From: Spirochaetia bacterium
GTDB lineage: Bacteria; Spirochaetota; Spirochaetia; SZUA-6; Bin103
DNA: 64,000 bases
Direction of reading: 5' to 3'
Assembly: GCA_965208575.1 (NCBI GenBank)
Contig: CBDBOV010000005.1
Span: 288,001-352,000, forward strand
In this document: positions 54,626 to 64,000 of the stretch, in pieces
Numbering within the stretch: position 1 is the stretch's first letter
Layout: each line of letters opens with the position of its first letter
Position numbers and translations under genes: made by a program
The notes under the pieces: model-generated
Told to the model about the DNA's origin: nothing
The model's input: only the letters and a program-made list of their open reading frames with translations
Databases searched by the model: none

Positions 54626-56452
54626 TCAGTCGTTGCAGGCGCGTCCGGTGCTCGACAGCTTGGCGCCGCAGTCCACCCACCACCACTTGCTGATGTTGGC
54701 CTGCGAGATCAGGTCGCCGACGGCGCCGCCGAAGCCCTTCACCCACGGCTGCCAGTAGATGTGCTGTTCCACCGTGACGCCCGCGATGTGCCACGCTTCC
54801 TCCAGGGTATGCAGGTACAGCTCGGTCCACAACTCGCGGTAGGTCGCGGGGTCTGCCGCTGTCTTGGCGGCATCGATCAGCTCCATCTGCCGCTCCGCCG
54901 CCGCCCGGTTCTCCGGCGTGACGTTGTCACCGAGCGGGTTGCCGTACCACACCAGCGACGCGCGCGGGTCGTGGTGGAAGTTCATCGTGCCCATCAGGCC
55001 GATCTGCGGCGCTCCGGCGTCGATGAAGGTGAGCCCGGTGAAGCGCGGGTCGGGGTCGGGCCCGAGCGAGGCGGAGTAGTAGGCCGCCGACTCCATCAGG
55101 TCGAGCTCCGCGTTGATGCCCACTTCGCGCAGGTAGCCGGCGAACAGCTCCACGTCCTCCGACACCGAGTGCATCGCCAGGATGGTGGTGTCGAAGCCGT
55201 CCGGGTAGCCGGCCTCGGCCAGCAGTGCGCGCGCCTTGTCCGGGTGGTACTCGTACAGCTCCGCCAGGTCGTCGCGGCCCATCGCCTTCAGTTCGTCGGG
55301 GCCGATGTAGTTGTCGCCGTGCAGCGACTGCGCGGGGTAACCGCCGGGATAGGCGAGCCCGTAGTAGAACGAGTCCACCATCTCCTGGTGGTTGACCGCC
55401 AGCATCGCCGCGTGGCGCACGCGCTTGTCGGCCCACGGCGAATCGGCGATGTTGAGATTCACGTTGAAGCCGCGCAGCAGCGCCCCCTGCGGGACGTGTC
55501 CCAACTCGGGGTTGGTGCGCTCCAACGACGACACGTCCTCCGGCTGCAGGCCGTGAAACCCGAACACGTCGAGCTGGCCGCTGCGCAGCGCCGCAATGGT
55601 GATCGCCGGGTCGTCAGCGGTCGGAGTCATCGTCTTGGTGTCCAGGTAGGGCACGCTGTTTTCCGGAACGAATGGGTCGACGTCCCAATAGGTGGGGTTC
55701 TTCTTCAGCTTGGTGGTCACGCCGGGCACGTGGTCGGTCGGGATCCACGGACCGGTGCCGAGCGCATCCTGCCAGTCGCTGGGATTGACGCCCTCGGTGT
55801 TGTGCATCGCCGGATGCGACCAGCTTATGCGGCTCAGGGTGACGACGAACCAACTGGTGGCGTCCGGCTCCGGGAACTTGACGTCGATCACCCAGGGATC
55901 GTCCGCACGCACGCTCCACTGCCAATCCCGGTCGGCCGCGGCGGCGCCCACGACCGCCGCGTCGGCGTTCCAGCGGTCCACCAGGTCCTGAGCGGTCACC
56001 TCCTTGCCGTAGTATTCGGCCAGCGCCGGGTTGGGGCGTGCCACGTCCTCGGCCCGCCACCAGTGCACACCCTGGCGGACGCGGAACACGGCGCTCTCGA
56101 TATCCGGGAACTCCCACGATGCGAGCAACTGCGGCATCTGCTTCTTGATGTCGATGAACCAGAAGTTGGGGTAGGCTTCCTCGCCGGTGCCGCGCGGGCC
56201 CTTCAGATAGTCGACCACGTAGGCAAGGTCGTAGAACGAGCCGAATGCCACGCTGTCGCGGGCGCCGTCGATCGGATCGAGCGGCGAGGCGCCCTGGCGC
56301 TGCGCCATGTTCAGGTTGCCGCCGTACACCGGTACGGTGTCGATGTCCGACGCGGCGGCGGCCTCCGCTTCGCCCGTTGCCCACAGCGTGCCCGCTGCCA
56401 ACGGAATGACGAGCAGCGCAAGGAACGCCGCTCTGATCGAGCAGTGACTCAT
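54626..56452 (-). CDS. Family 5 ABC solute-binding protein, cassette 4 (divergent, host-like GC)
   Basis: PVYGGNL, LGTGPW, KNPTYW, DKRVRHAAMLA, LLAEAGYPDGF; AAGGAGG RBS. Confidence 0.88.
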   Translation of the reverse strand: MSHCSIRAAFLALLVIPLAAGTLWATGEAEAAAASDIDTVPVYGGNLNMAQRQGASPLDPIDGARDSVAFGSFYDLAYVVDYLKGPRGTGEEAYPNFWFIDIKKQMPQLLASWEFPDIESAVFRVRQGVHWWRAEDVARPNPALAEYYGKEVTAQDLVDRWNADAAVVGAAAADRDWQWSVRADDPWVIDVKFPEPDATSWFVVTLSRISWSHPAMHNTEGVNPSDWQDALGTGPWIPTDHVPGVTTKLKKNPTYWDVDPFVPENSVPYLDTKTMTPTADDPAITIAALRSGQLDVFGFHGLQPEDVSSLERTNPELGHVPQGALLRGFNVNLNIADSPWADKRVRHAAMLAVNHQEMVDSFYYGLAYPGGYPAQSLHGDNYIGPDELKAMGRDDLAELYEYHPDKARALLAEAGYPDGFDTTILAMHSVSEDVELFAGYLREVGINAELDLMESAAYYSASLGPDPDPRFTGLTFIDAGAPQIGLMGTMNFHHDPRASLVWYGNPLGDNVTPENRAAAERQMELIDAAKTAADPATYRELWTELYLHTLEEAWHIAGVTVEQHIYWQPWVKGFGGAVGDLISQANISKWWWVDCGAKLSSTGRACND

Positions 56453-56592
56453 GTTCACTACCTCCTTGAGTCGATGAATGGACCGCGCGAACTCGCGCGG
56501 CATGAGCCCATCTTACTGCTCCGGCGCCTCCTGTCAACGAACGAGCCCGCAATCGCCGCCTACACCAGAAGCCTGTCGAACCCGGCAGACTC

Positions 56593-57615
56593 CTAGTGCG
56601 GGGTGACGGCGACGCTGCGGATCTGGCCGAACTCCTTGTCCAGCTTGCGCCAGGAGTCGCCGTTGTCGTCGCTCGCGTATACCTGGCCGAGGAGGCTGAA
56701 GCCCACCACCACGCCGGGCAGGTCGCGGTGCATCGCCAGCCAGTACATCACCGAGTTGGGCTGCTCAGGCATCGACAGCGTCTCCCAGCTAGCGCCGCCG
56801 TCGCGGGTGCGGCGCACCGCGCCGGTGGTGCCGGGGATGCTGTTGCCGGTGCCCACGAACATCATGTCCGGATCGTTCGGGTTGATGATCATGCAGCGGC
56901 AGTAGGAGTGCCCGGACTGGTCGTCGAGCGGCGCGAACTGGTGCACGCGCCAACTGCCGCCGTCGTCGGTGCTGGTGGCGAATCCCATCGGGCTGGTGGT
57001 GTGGACGATGGCGCGGGCGCCGTTGCGGATGCCCATGCCGTGCACGTCGTTGTAGAACAGTTCCGGTCCCACCGCCGCGCGGCGCCCCCAGGTGTCGCCG
57101 CCGTCCTGGCTGCGGTGCACGCCGTCCACCTCCACGCCCGCCCACACGGTACGGTGGTCGCGCGGGTCCACCACGATGACGGTGGTGCGCGGCGGCCACA
57201 GCGGCGCATCGCGGTCGGTAAAGGTCAGCCTGTCCCACGTGGCGCCGCCGTCGCGGGTGCGGAACCCGTCCGGCCGCGTGCCGACGTAGATGGTTTCGGT
57301 ATCCTCCGGGTCGATCGCCAGCGACCAGATCTCCACTGGGGCGCGCGCGCTCTCGAACCCCTCGGCCGCCGACGGTACCGGCTGCCAGATCTGGCCGTTG
57401 TCGTCGCTGCGGTACAGACCCCAGACGTCGGTGCCGGCCAGCAGCCGGTGCGGATTGTCCGGGTAAACGGCGAGCGCGCGCACGTTGCCCTCCAGGCCGC
57501 CCACCGCGCTCGGCGGCGGCTCGCTGCTCGCCGCCCCCGCCCAACTGCCGCCGCCGTCGCGGCTGATGTGCAGCCCGAAGCCCACCGTGCCGATGAAGAT
57601 CGAATAGTCTCCCAC
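56593..57615 (-). CDS. BNR/Asp-box beta-propeller protein (YCF48/sialidase-like)
   Basis: Repeated SxDxGxTW boxes. Confidence 0.85.
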   Translation of the reverse strand: MGDYSIFIGTVGFGLHISRDGGGSWAGAASSEPPPSAVGGLEGNVRALAVYPDNPHRLLAGTDVWGLYRSDDNGQIWQPVPSAAEGFESARAPVEIWSLAIDPEDTETIYVGTRPDGFRTRDGGATWDRLTFTDRDAPLWPPRTTVIVVDPRDHRTVWAGVEVDGVHRSQDGGDTWGRRAAVGPELFYNDVHGMGIRNGARAIVHTTSPMGFATSTDDGGSWRVHQFAPLDDQSGHSYCRCMIINPNDPDMMFVGTGNSIPGTTGAVRRTRDGGASWETLSMPEQPNSVMYWLAMHRDLPGVVVGFSLLGQVYASDDNGDSWRKLDKEFGQIRSVAVTPH

Positions 57616-57757
57616 CTGTTCCTCCTGGCGCGCAGTATCGCACCGTGCGACCGCGCGTCACAAGCCGCCCGCCCGCGCACCGCTCGCTGCCGCCCGCCCG
57701 TCACAAGCTGCCCACCGCCCGTTCATGCTCGCCCGGCCCGGCTCGGGCCCGCTCGGC

Positions 57758-58687
57758 TCAGCCGGATGCAGAGACTTCCGTGATCAGGTGCTTGATCCGC
57801 TTCAGGCTGCGCGCGTCGTCGGTGAGCTGGTCGCCGGCGATCATGCCCTCCACCCCGAAGCAGCCGTCGTAGCCGGCGGCGAGCATGGCGGCGACCGCGA
57901 ACCGGTAGTTGATCTCGCCGTCCGGAATCGGGCGGCGCAGGTAGAAGGCGCGCTGCATGCCGGCCAGGGGCACCCGCACCAGGTTCTTCATGTGCCAGTA
58001 ATTGGCGTGCGGCGCCAGGGCCAGGATGGCGTCCTCGCAGCTCTCCTCCGGGGTCTCGTAGGTCCAGTAGACGTTGCCCAGGTCGGGGTTGGCGCCGACG
58101 TTAGGCCGGTCGATCAGCTCCAGCAGGTGAATCATCGACCAACTGTTGTCGCACAGCGTGTTCTGGTGCAGCTCGATGCTGATCGACACGCCCAGTCCGG
58201 CGGCGCGGTCCGCGGCCGCGGCGATCCCCTCCGCGTTGATGCGGTAGTCCGATTCGCTCGCGTCGCGGCTGGAGTTCTGCGACACCAGTTCGCCAACGCC
58301 GCTGACTGCCCCGGGCAACTCGGGCACCATCGGCGCGTTGATCAGCGTGTTGAGGACCCCGGCGCCGATGCGCGCCGCCAGGTCGACGCCGCGCTCCAGG
58401 CGGGCACGGTTGTGCGCGCCGACCCGCGGATTGTGCAGGCCGCCGCCGCCGCGGATGCCGAGGCACGGCAGGCCGGCGTCGCGCAGCTCCCGGCCCAGGT
58501 CGTCCACCTCGGCGTCGCCGCGGTCGGCCAGGTCTTCGAGGCCCAGTTCCAGCCCCTCGAAGCCGATCTCCCGGACCTTGCGCAGCCACCCGGCGCGCAC
58601 CTCCGGCGGCGGCAAATGGACCGGAAACGCCTTCTCCTGGTGGAACGGATAGAACGTGCGCCCGCGAAACGCATAGATCAGTTTCAT
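57758..58687 (-). CDS. Sugar phosphate isomerase/epimerase (xylose isomerase-like TIM barrel)
   Basis: GFEGLEL, ISIELH, NVGANPDLGN, HMKN, GYDG.FGVE. Confidence 0.85.
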   Translation of the reverse strand: MKLIYAFRGRTFYPFHQEKAFPVHLPPPEVRAGWLRKVREIGFEGLELGLEDLADRGDAEVDDLGRELRDAGLPCLGIRGGGGLHNPRVGAHNRARLERGVDLAARIGAGVLNTLINAPMVPELPGAVSGVGELVSQNSSRDASESDYRINAEGIAAAADRAAGLGVSISIELHQNTLCDNSWSMIHLLELIDRPNVGANPDLGNVYWTYETPEESCEDAILALAPHANYWHMKNLVRVPLAGMQRAFYLRRPIPDGEINYRFAVAAMLAAGYDGCFGVEGMIAGDQLTDDARSLKRIKHLITEVSASG

Positions 58688-59100
58688 GGCCCCATCATGG
58701 CAGATATGGCGGCTCGTGTGCGCAACCCCGGCTGCACTTGAGGTGCGACGCGGGTTCCGGCGCGGGCTGCTGGCGCCAACCACGGAACGGGTTGCCCGGT
58801 TCGGTTACCGGGAACGGGACGCGCGCGCCGCGGATACGCGCCAGCCGGGCGCGATCGCCATCTCCACCGGCACGCGGACCGCCTTGCCCATGCATGGCTC
58901 TCACTCCGGTTCCCTGCCGGCGGGCAGGTCGAGCGGCGAGCGCGCCATGCGGTGCCGGGCGTTCGCAGCGAGCAGCAGCGAGCAAGTCCCCGGTTGCCAA
59001 GTTCCGCCGTTTCGGAACAGGATGCGTGCACCTCCAGGCCCGACCGCGAAATGATTCAGCAGCCAACCAGGAAACAGACCGGCGCACCGCGAGGTACGCG

Positions 59101-59958
59101 ATGAAGGGTCGCCGTGTGCTGATCGCCGCGCTGGCCGCCGTCGTGGTGTCGGCGGTGGCGGCGGCGGTGTACGTGGCGGGCAACCCGGCGGATACCACCT
59201 ACGAGTTCGTGGTGCGCGACGCGGTGAGCGGGAACTGGGTGTGGGACGCCACCTTCCGGCTGCAGGGGCGGGTAATCCGGTCGCACTTCCAGAGCGACCG
59301 CGGCCCGCGGCCGCAGGTATTCACCCGGCTGCAGCCGGGTGAGGCGACGCTGAGGATTTCCGCCCCCTCCTACCAGGAGCAGACCATTCCGGTGACTCTG
59401 AAGCGCGGGGAGAACCGGCGCGCGGAGCCGGTGGAGCTGGTCGGCCGCGAGATCCCCGACCTGGCGAGCTGGATCATCTTCGAAGGATGGGAGGGCGGCG
59501 ACCTGGTCCAGGAGTTGCGCCCGGTCAGCTCGGCCGGTCCGGCGGTGATCAATCACCCGGTTCTGGACCTGTGGATCGGCGCGCGCGTCACGGTGCAGGT
59601 GAAAGACGGCGTGCCGGTGCGCGAGGAGACCGACACCGGCGCGGCCCGCGGCGAGGAGCTGTACCGCGGCAAGCTGCAGTGGACGTGGGACGCGGCTCCG
59701 GAGACCACCTTCCGCTACGGCGCCGCCATCCCCGGTGCCGAGATCAAGGCCAGTTCCGCCCCCTACTGGGTGATCGACTACCTGGTCGTGGTCCCCGACC
59801 CCGCGGCGGCCGATGCCGGCGACATCGACCGCCTCATGGAACAGGCGTGGCAGTTGCCGCCGGAGGAGATCGCCGCCCGGCTGGAGCAGCACCAGCAGGC
59901 GGGCACGCTGGCCGCCTACCAGTTCACCTCCTGGAACGTCGCGGGAGGGCGGCGATGA
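59101..59958 (+). CDS. Membrane-anchored protein with a carboxypeptidase-regulatory-like domain
   Basis: N-terminal transmembrane helix; VRDAVSG...LQPGEATLRISAPSY; ATGA overlap with the next gene. Confidence 0.6.
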   Translation: MKGRRVLIAALAAVVVSAVAAAVYVAGNPADTTYEFVVRDAVSGNWVWDATFRLQGRVIRSHFQSDRGPRPQVFTRLQPGEATLRISAPSYQEQTIPVTLKRGENRRAEPVELVGREIPDLASWIIFEGWEGGDLVQELRPVSSAGPAVINHPVLDLWIGARVTVQVKDGVPVREETDTGAARGEELYRGKLQWTWDAAPETTFRYGAAIPGAEIKASSAPYWVIDYLVVVPDPAAADAGDIDRLMEQAWQLPPEEIAARLEQHQQAGTLAAYQFTSWNVAGGRR

Positions 59959-60929
59959 TCCGCACCGAGCGTCTCGCCAAGCGCTACGGCTCGTTCACGG
60001 CGGTGGCGGGCATCGACCTGAACATCCCGGCCGGCGAGATCTACGGCTTCCTGGGGCCCAACGGCGCCGGCAAGACCTCCACCATCCTGATGCTGCTCGG
60101 CGTGGTGAAACCGACCGGCGGCGAGATCCGGCTGTTCGGCGAGCCCTACAGCGCGGCCCGGCTCGACCTCAGGCGGCGCATCGGCGTGGTGCCGGAGAAG
60201 CACCCGGCCGGCATGTGGAGCTGGATGACCGCCGGCGAGTACCTGCAGATGTTCGCCGAGTTGTTTCGCGTGCCGGCGGCCGGCCGCCGCATCGACCATC
60301 TCCTGGAGCGGGTCGGACTGGCGCAGGTGAAGCACAAGAAATTCGCCCAGTTCTCGCGCGGCATGCTGCAGAAGCTGTCGATCGTGCGCGCGCTGCTGCA
60401 CGACCCCGACATCCTGTTCCTGGACGAGCCGATCTCCGGGCTCGACCCATTCGGCGTCAAGCAGATCCGCGACCTGATCCTGGAGGAGCGCCGCGAGGGG
60501 CGCACCATATTCGTGTCGTCCCACCTGCTGTCGGAGATGGAGAAGGTGTGCGAGCGGGTGGCGATCATCTACCGCGGCCGGCTGCTGGCCGAGGACCGCA
60601 TGGAGCACCTGCTGTCGGCGCTGGCCAAGGACCGCGAGATCCACGTCGACCTGGAGCAGGTGCCGGCCGATCTGCCGGACCGGGTGGCGGCGCTCGACTT
60701 CGCGCGCGGGGCGCAGCGGCGCGGCAACACCCTGGTGGTCAAGGTCGCCAAGACCGGCGACAGCCGGCGCGCGCTCAGCCAGTACCTGATCGACCAGGGC
60801 CTGGTGCCGCTGGGCATCCGGGAGCAGAGCCTGAGCCTGGAGGAGGCGTTCGTGACCATCACCAGCGAGAACGTCGACCTGTTCGCCGGCATGGGCGGCG
60901 TGGCGCGGCCTCCCGAAGGCGAATCGTGA
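59955..60929 (+). CDS. ABC-2 type ATP-binding protein
   Basis: GPNGAGKT, FSRGM, ILFLDEP, SSH. Confidence 0.93.
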   Translation: MIRTERLAKRYGSFTAVAGIDLNIPAGEIYGFLGPNGAGKTSTILMLLGVVKPTGGEIRLFGEPYSAARLDLRRRIGVVPEKHPAGMWSWMTAGEYLQMFAELFRVPAAGRRIDHLLERVGLAQVKHKKFAQFSRGMLQKLSIVRALLHDPDILFLDEPISGLDPFGVKQIRDLILEERREGRTIFVSSHLLSEMEKVCERVAIIYRGRLLAEDRMEHLLSALAKDREIHVDLEQVPADLPDRVAALDFARGAQRRGNTLVVKVAKTGDSRRALSQYLIDQGLVPLGIREQSLSLEEAFVTITSENVDLFAGMGGVARPPEGES

Positions 60930-61795
60930 ACCAGCGCCCGCACGCCACCGCCGTGATCGCGCGGCGGCGCATCCTGGAGACCGTCATCTCGCCCGGCTAC
61001 TACGTCGCCCTGACCATCGGCCTGGTGCTGGCCCACCTGCTGGTCGCCGGCTTCGTGCGCACGGTCGATTCGAGCGGCGTCAACCTGACGCTGGTGCCCG
61101 CCTACGACCTGGTCGGCAGGGGCCTCGGCGGGGCGTTTGGAACCACCTTCACGGCCAAGCTGTTTGCCGAGGGGCCGTTCCTGTTCACGCTCTATGCCGC
61201 CTTCCTGCCGGTCCTGCTCTACCTGGCCGTGAGCTCGGTATTCCGCTTCGGCCTGGAGAAGAAGGTCGGCGCCCTGGAACTGCTCACCTACGGGCCGGCG
61301 GACGCCACCGCCTACTTCCTGGCGGCGCTGATCAAGGATCTGCTGATGACCGCCGTGTCGCTGGCGGTGCTGACCGGCTTCCTGCTGGCCGCCGCGGGAC
61401 TCAACAACCTGGTGCTCGGGGCCTCGTTCCTCCAACACCTGGCGATCCTGCTGTTCGTGGCCGGCGCATTCTACGGCTACGGCATCCTGGCCGCCTGCCT
61501 TACCGACAATTCCGCCTCCGCCGTCGCCCTGTTCCTGGGCGTGATCCTGGTGTTCGGGGCGGTGACGATCGGCTCGTTCGCCGTCATCGAGGGCTACGTG
61601 CGCAACCTGGCGAGCGTGTTCGCCTGGGCCGTCAAGTGGATCTCGCCGCTGTTCTACTGGGACCTGGCGCTGCGCTTCGCGGAGGTGGACAACTGGGGCA
61701 TGTACCTGGCCTGCGCCCTGCTGCTGGCGGTACTGGCGGCGGCGGTGCTGGTGGTCAGCCACCTGACCATGAAGGTGCGCGGGGTGCGTCCGTGA
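60926..61795 (+). CDS. ABC-2 type permease
   Basis: About six transmembrane helices, EKKVGALELLTYGP; GTGA overlap. Confidence 0.8.
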   Translation: MNQRPHATAVIARRRILETVISPGYYVALTIGLVLAHLLVAGFVRTVDSSGVNLTLVPAYDLVGRGLGGAFGTTFTAKLFAEGPFLFTLYAAFLPVLLYLAVSSVFRFGLEKKVGALELLTYGPADATAYFLAALIKDLLMTAVSLAVLTGFLLAAAGLNNLVLGASFLQHLAILLFVAGAFYGYGILAACLTDNSASAVALFLGVILVFGAVTIGSFAVIEGYVRNLASVFAWAVKWISPLFYWDLALRFAEVDNWGMYLACALLLAVLAAAVLVVSHLTMKVRGVRP

Positions 61796-63168
61796 CGCGC
61801 CGGCGGGAGGGAGCAAGCCGGATGCCGTGCCGCGCCGCGGCCGCCCTGGCGTTGCTGCTGGCGGCGACCGGGCTGGCTGCGCAGGCGCCGCTGCGCGAGG
61901 AACAGTTCGTGTACTCGGTGGTGGCGTTCAGCGGCCGCGACTACGCCGGCACCTTCGCGCGCCGCGGCGCGGGCACCATCTACCTGATGGCGGACGTGGA
62001 CAACTTCATCACCGTGCGCAACGCGCTGGTCTACTTCTGGCCGATCACCGGCGAGTGGAAGCTCGACCTGAAGGGGCTCGACGTGCCGTTCGAGGGCACG
62101 CTGGAGCTGAATGGGCGCGGGCGGCAGCCGGAGCGCATCGGCATGACCCCCTACACCTACTACAACGTGCGCGGCGAGTACGAGCTGAACTGGGAAGTGG
62201 CCGTCGAGGCGGAGGCGGAGGCGGTGGTGCAGCACTCGCGCGAGCTGATCGCGGCCTATTACGCCGCGGTGCAGACCCACCAGCAGGAGCGCGCCCTGTA
62301 CGAAGAACTGCTCAATGAGCTGGCGAGCGTCATCACCGCGCTGCGCCGGGAGGGCAAGGACGTGACCGAGCTGGTCGCCGAGTTGGAGAAGCTGGAGGCC
62401 CCCGCGCCGCCGGAGCCCCCCGACCACTACGTGGTGCCTCCTTCCACGGTTCAGCAGGCGTTCATTCTCAACCTGCCGGTAGGGGAGTACGACATTCGCT
62501 TCCTGACCGCCGGCGGGGAAGTGATGGAGGGATCGGAGCGGCGCATCGTGACGTTCGCGCGCCGCCGCGCCGAGGCGGTGGGCATGGAGGTGATCCCCGG
62601 CGACAAGTGGACGCGGCCGGTGGAGTCCACCAGCCCGTCGTCGGTGCTGTACGTGGACGGCTCCACCGACCTGTACCTGCGCCCGTTCTACCAGCAGGAG
62701 TACAACGACCTGTTCTACGAGAAGCTGCGCCGCAACGACGCCAGGGGCAATCCGGGGCTGATGAAGTGGGTGCGTATTCAGCAGGTGCCGGGCGCCGCGC
62801 TGTCGGTAAGCGCCGGCGCCGCGCCGTCACGGGCGGCGGAGCCGCGGACGGTGCCGGAGGAGCCGTTCTTCGTCGAGCAGATCCCCGGCGGGGCGCTCGG
62901 CTACCGCATCGTGCCGTACGATCCCGACGGCGCGCACCTGGGCCGCGAACCGTCGCTGCGCGCGTTCCACCTCCCGGTGTCGGCCTGGCAGCCGATCCTG
63001 CACCTGCGCGTCCTCGATCGCGCCGGCGAAGTGCTGCCCTCCAGCGGCCGCCAGGTACGCATCGTCGCCCCGTCCGCCAACGGCTGGCTCACCCTCCTGC
63101 TGGCCGCCATCCCGCTGCTGACCCTGGCAGTCGCCCTCGCCCTCCGCTCCCGCCGCGTGAGCCGGTAG
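61792..63168 (+). CDS. Exported protein with C-terminal membrane anchor, function unknown
   Basis: Signal peptide AAAALALLLAATGLAA, central coiled coil, WLTLLLAAIPLLTLAVALALRSRR tail; start 61792 or 61822. Confidence 0.7.
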   Translation: MTRRREGASRMPCRAAAALALLLAATGLAAQAPLREEQFVYSVVAFSGRDYAGTFARRGAGTIYLMADVDNFITVRNALVYFWPITGEWKLDLKGLDVPFEGTLELNGRGRQPERIGMTPYTYYNVRGEYELNWEVAVEAEAEAVVQHSRELIAAYYAAVQTHQQERALYEELLNELASVITALRREGKDVTELVAELEKLEAPAPPEPPDHYVVPPSTVQQAFILNLPVGEYDIRFLTAGGEVMEGSERRIVTFARRRAEAVGMEVIPGDKWTRPVESTSPSSVLYVDGSTDLYLRPFYQQEYNDLFYEKLRRNDARGNPGLMKWVRIQQVPGAALSVSAGAAPSRAAEPRTVPEEPFFVEQIPGGALGYRIVPYDPDGAHLGREPSLRAFHLPVSAWQPILHLRVLDRAGEVLPSSGRQVRIVAPSANGWLTLLLAAIPLLTLAVALALRSRRVSR

Positions 63169-63179
63169 CTCTCCTCACC

Positions 63180-64000
63180 GTGATCGAACCTCAGGACAAC
63201 AGCGCGATTCGCTGTGCTGATGCCGGTGACGGCACTGTCGAACTGGTATTCGATCCGCCGGGCGCCCGGCTGGTGGTGTTCAACGGCGCGCTACTGGCGG
63301 AGTTGGAGCGGGTGGTGAGCGCGCTGGAGGCCGACATTGCCGGCGGACGGGAGGTGCGGCTGGTGCTGGTGCGCAGCGCGACGCCGGACTGCTTCATTGC
63401 CGGCGCCGACATCGGTGAGCTGCTGGCGCTGCCGGACGCGGACGCTGCCACGCGCCTGAACGTGTCCGTGCATGCGCTGTTCGGCCGCATCGAGGCGCTG
63501 CCGGTGCCCACCGTGGCGGTGATCGACGGCGCCTGCCTCGGCGGCGGTACCGAGTGTGCGCTTGCCTGCGGCTACCGGATCGCGACCGACCACCCCAAGA
63601 CCCGTATCGGGTTGCCGGAGGCGACGCTGGGCATCATTCCGGGCTGGGGCGGCACCCAGCGGCTGCCGCGCCTGGTCGGGCCGCGGGCCGCCTTGCCGCT
63701 GTTGGTCAGCGGGCGGCCGCTGAGCGGACCCGAGGCCGCGGAGGCGGGGCTGGTGGACCGCTGCGTGGCGAGGGACGGCCTGGAGGCGGCCATTGCCGAG
63801 TTGCGCGCCGATCCGCCCGCACCCGCGGCGGCGCCCGACGTGATGCCGCCGGTCAGCGATGCGCTGGCCACCGAGGTGGCGGCGGCCATCCGCCGCGGCC
63901 GGCTGCACCCGGCCGCCCCGCTGGCGGCCCTGCGGGTGGTCCGCGCCGCCGCCGGCAAGCCGCTGGCCGACGGCCTGGCGCTGGAGCGGGGGGCGTTCGC
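63180..64000 (+). CDS. Enoyl-CoA hydratase domain of a FadJ/FadB-like protein (runs off the window)
   Basis: My translation from GTG 63180: FIAGADI, GACLGGGTECALAC, IGLPEATLGIIPGWGGTQRLPRLVG. Confidence 0.88.
   Translation, partial: MIEPQDNSAIRCADAGDGTVELVFDPPGARLVVFNGALLAELERVVSALEADIAGGREVRLVLVRSATPDCFIAGADIGELLALPDADAATRLNVSVHALFGRIEALPVPTVAVIDGACLGGGTECALACGYRIATDHPKTRIGLPEATLGIIPGWGGTQRLPRLVGPRAALPLLVSGRPLSGPEAAEAGLVDRCVARDGLEAAIAELRADPPAPAAAPDVMPPVSDALATEVAAAIRRGRLHPAAPLAALRVVRAAAGKPLADGLALERGAF

Noticed and set aside
57655-57750. GTCACAAGC-CGCCC direct repeat between two genes
   Set aside because: Two short GC-rich copies; not distinguishable from chance
1-64000. tRNA, rRNA or an integrase-defined island boundary
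   Set aside because: No cloverleaf, rRNA-like segment or tyrosine/serine recombinase was recognised by eye; a tRNAscan/Infernal run would be decisive

Overview
GC-rich bacterial accessory region. Protein families (LA_3696-like coiled coil, 'LWAxGA-EE' solute-binding-protein N-termini, SwmB/Calx-beta giant surface proteins) suggest a host-associated spirochaete, possibly a sponge symbiont; this is inference only. Layout: (1) a small catabolic block (sugar SBP, aminotransferase, PhyH dioxygenase, hicBA, P1 peptidase, kinase). (2) A 17.6-kb head-to-tail array of three giant modular autotransporter-like adhesins with near-identical C-termini, shuffled internal modules and hypervariable, partly Cys-rich N-terminal loops. 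(3) A toxin-antitoxin and IS-rich zone: vapBC, nested transposases, DUF433/DUF5615, higA with a deleted toxin, and an HNH gene with an 81-nt palindromic repeat array plus a deleted second copy. (4) Four ATPase-less family-5 ABC cassettes, three of them visibly lower in GC, two sharing a structured leader, interspersed with a BKACE enzyme, AAA-ATPase and GIY-YIG relics, an intact IS1634 and a Fic gene. (5) Beta-propeller and TIM-barrel genes, a four-gene ABC-2 operon and the start of a FadJ-like gene. No rRNA, tRNA, canonical CRISPR array or reverse transcriptase was recognised. Best novelty candidates: the variable-loop adhesin array, the HNH gene with its internal palindrome array and conserved upstream DNA, and the structured leader of the SBP cassettes. 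All family calls come from motifs read by eye; no searches were run.
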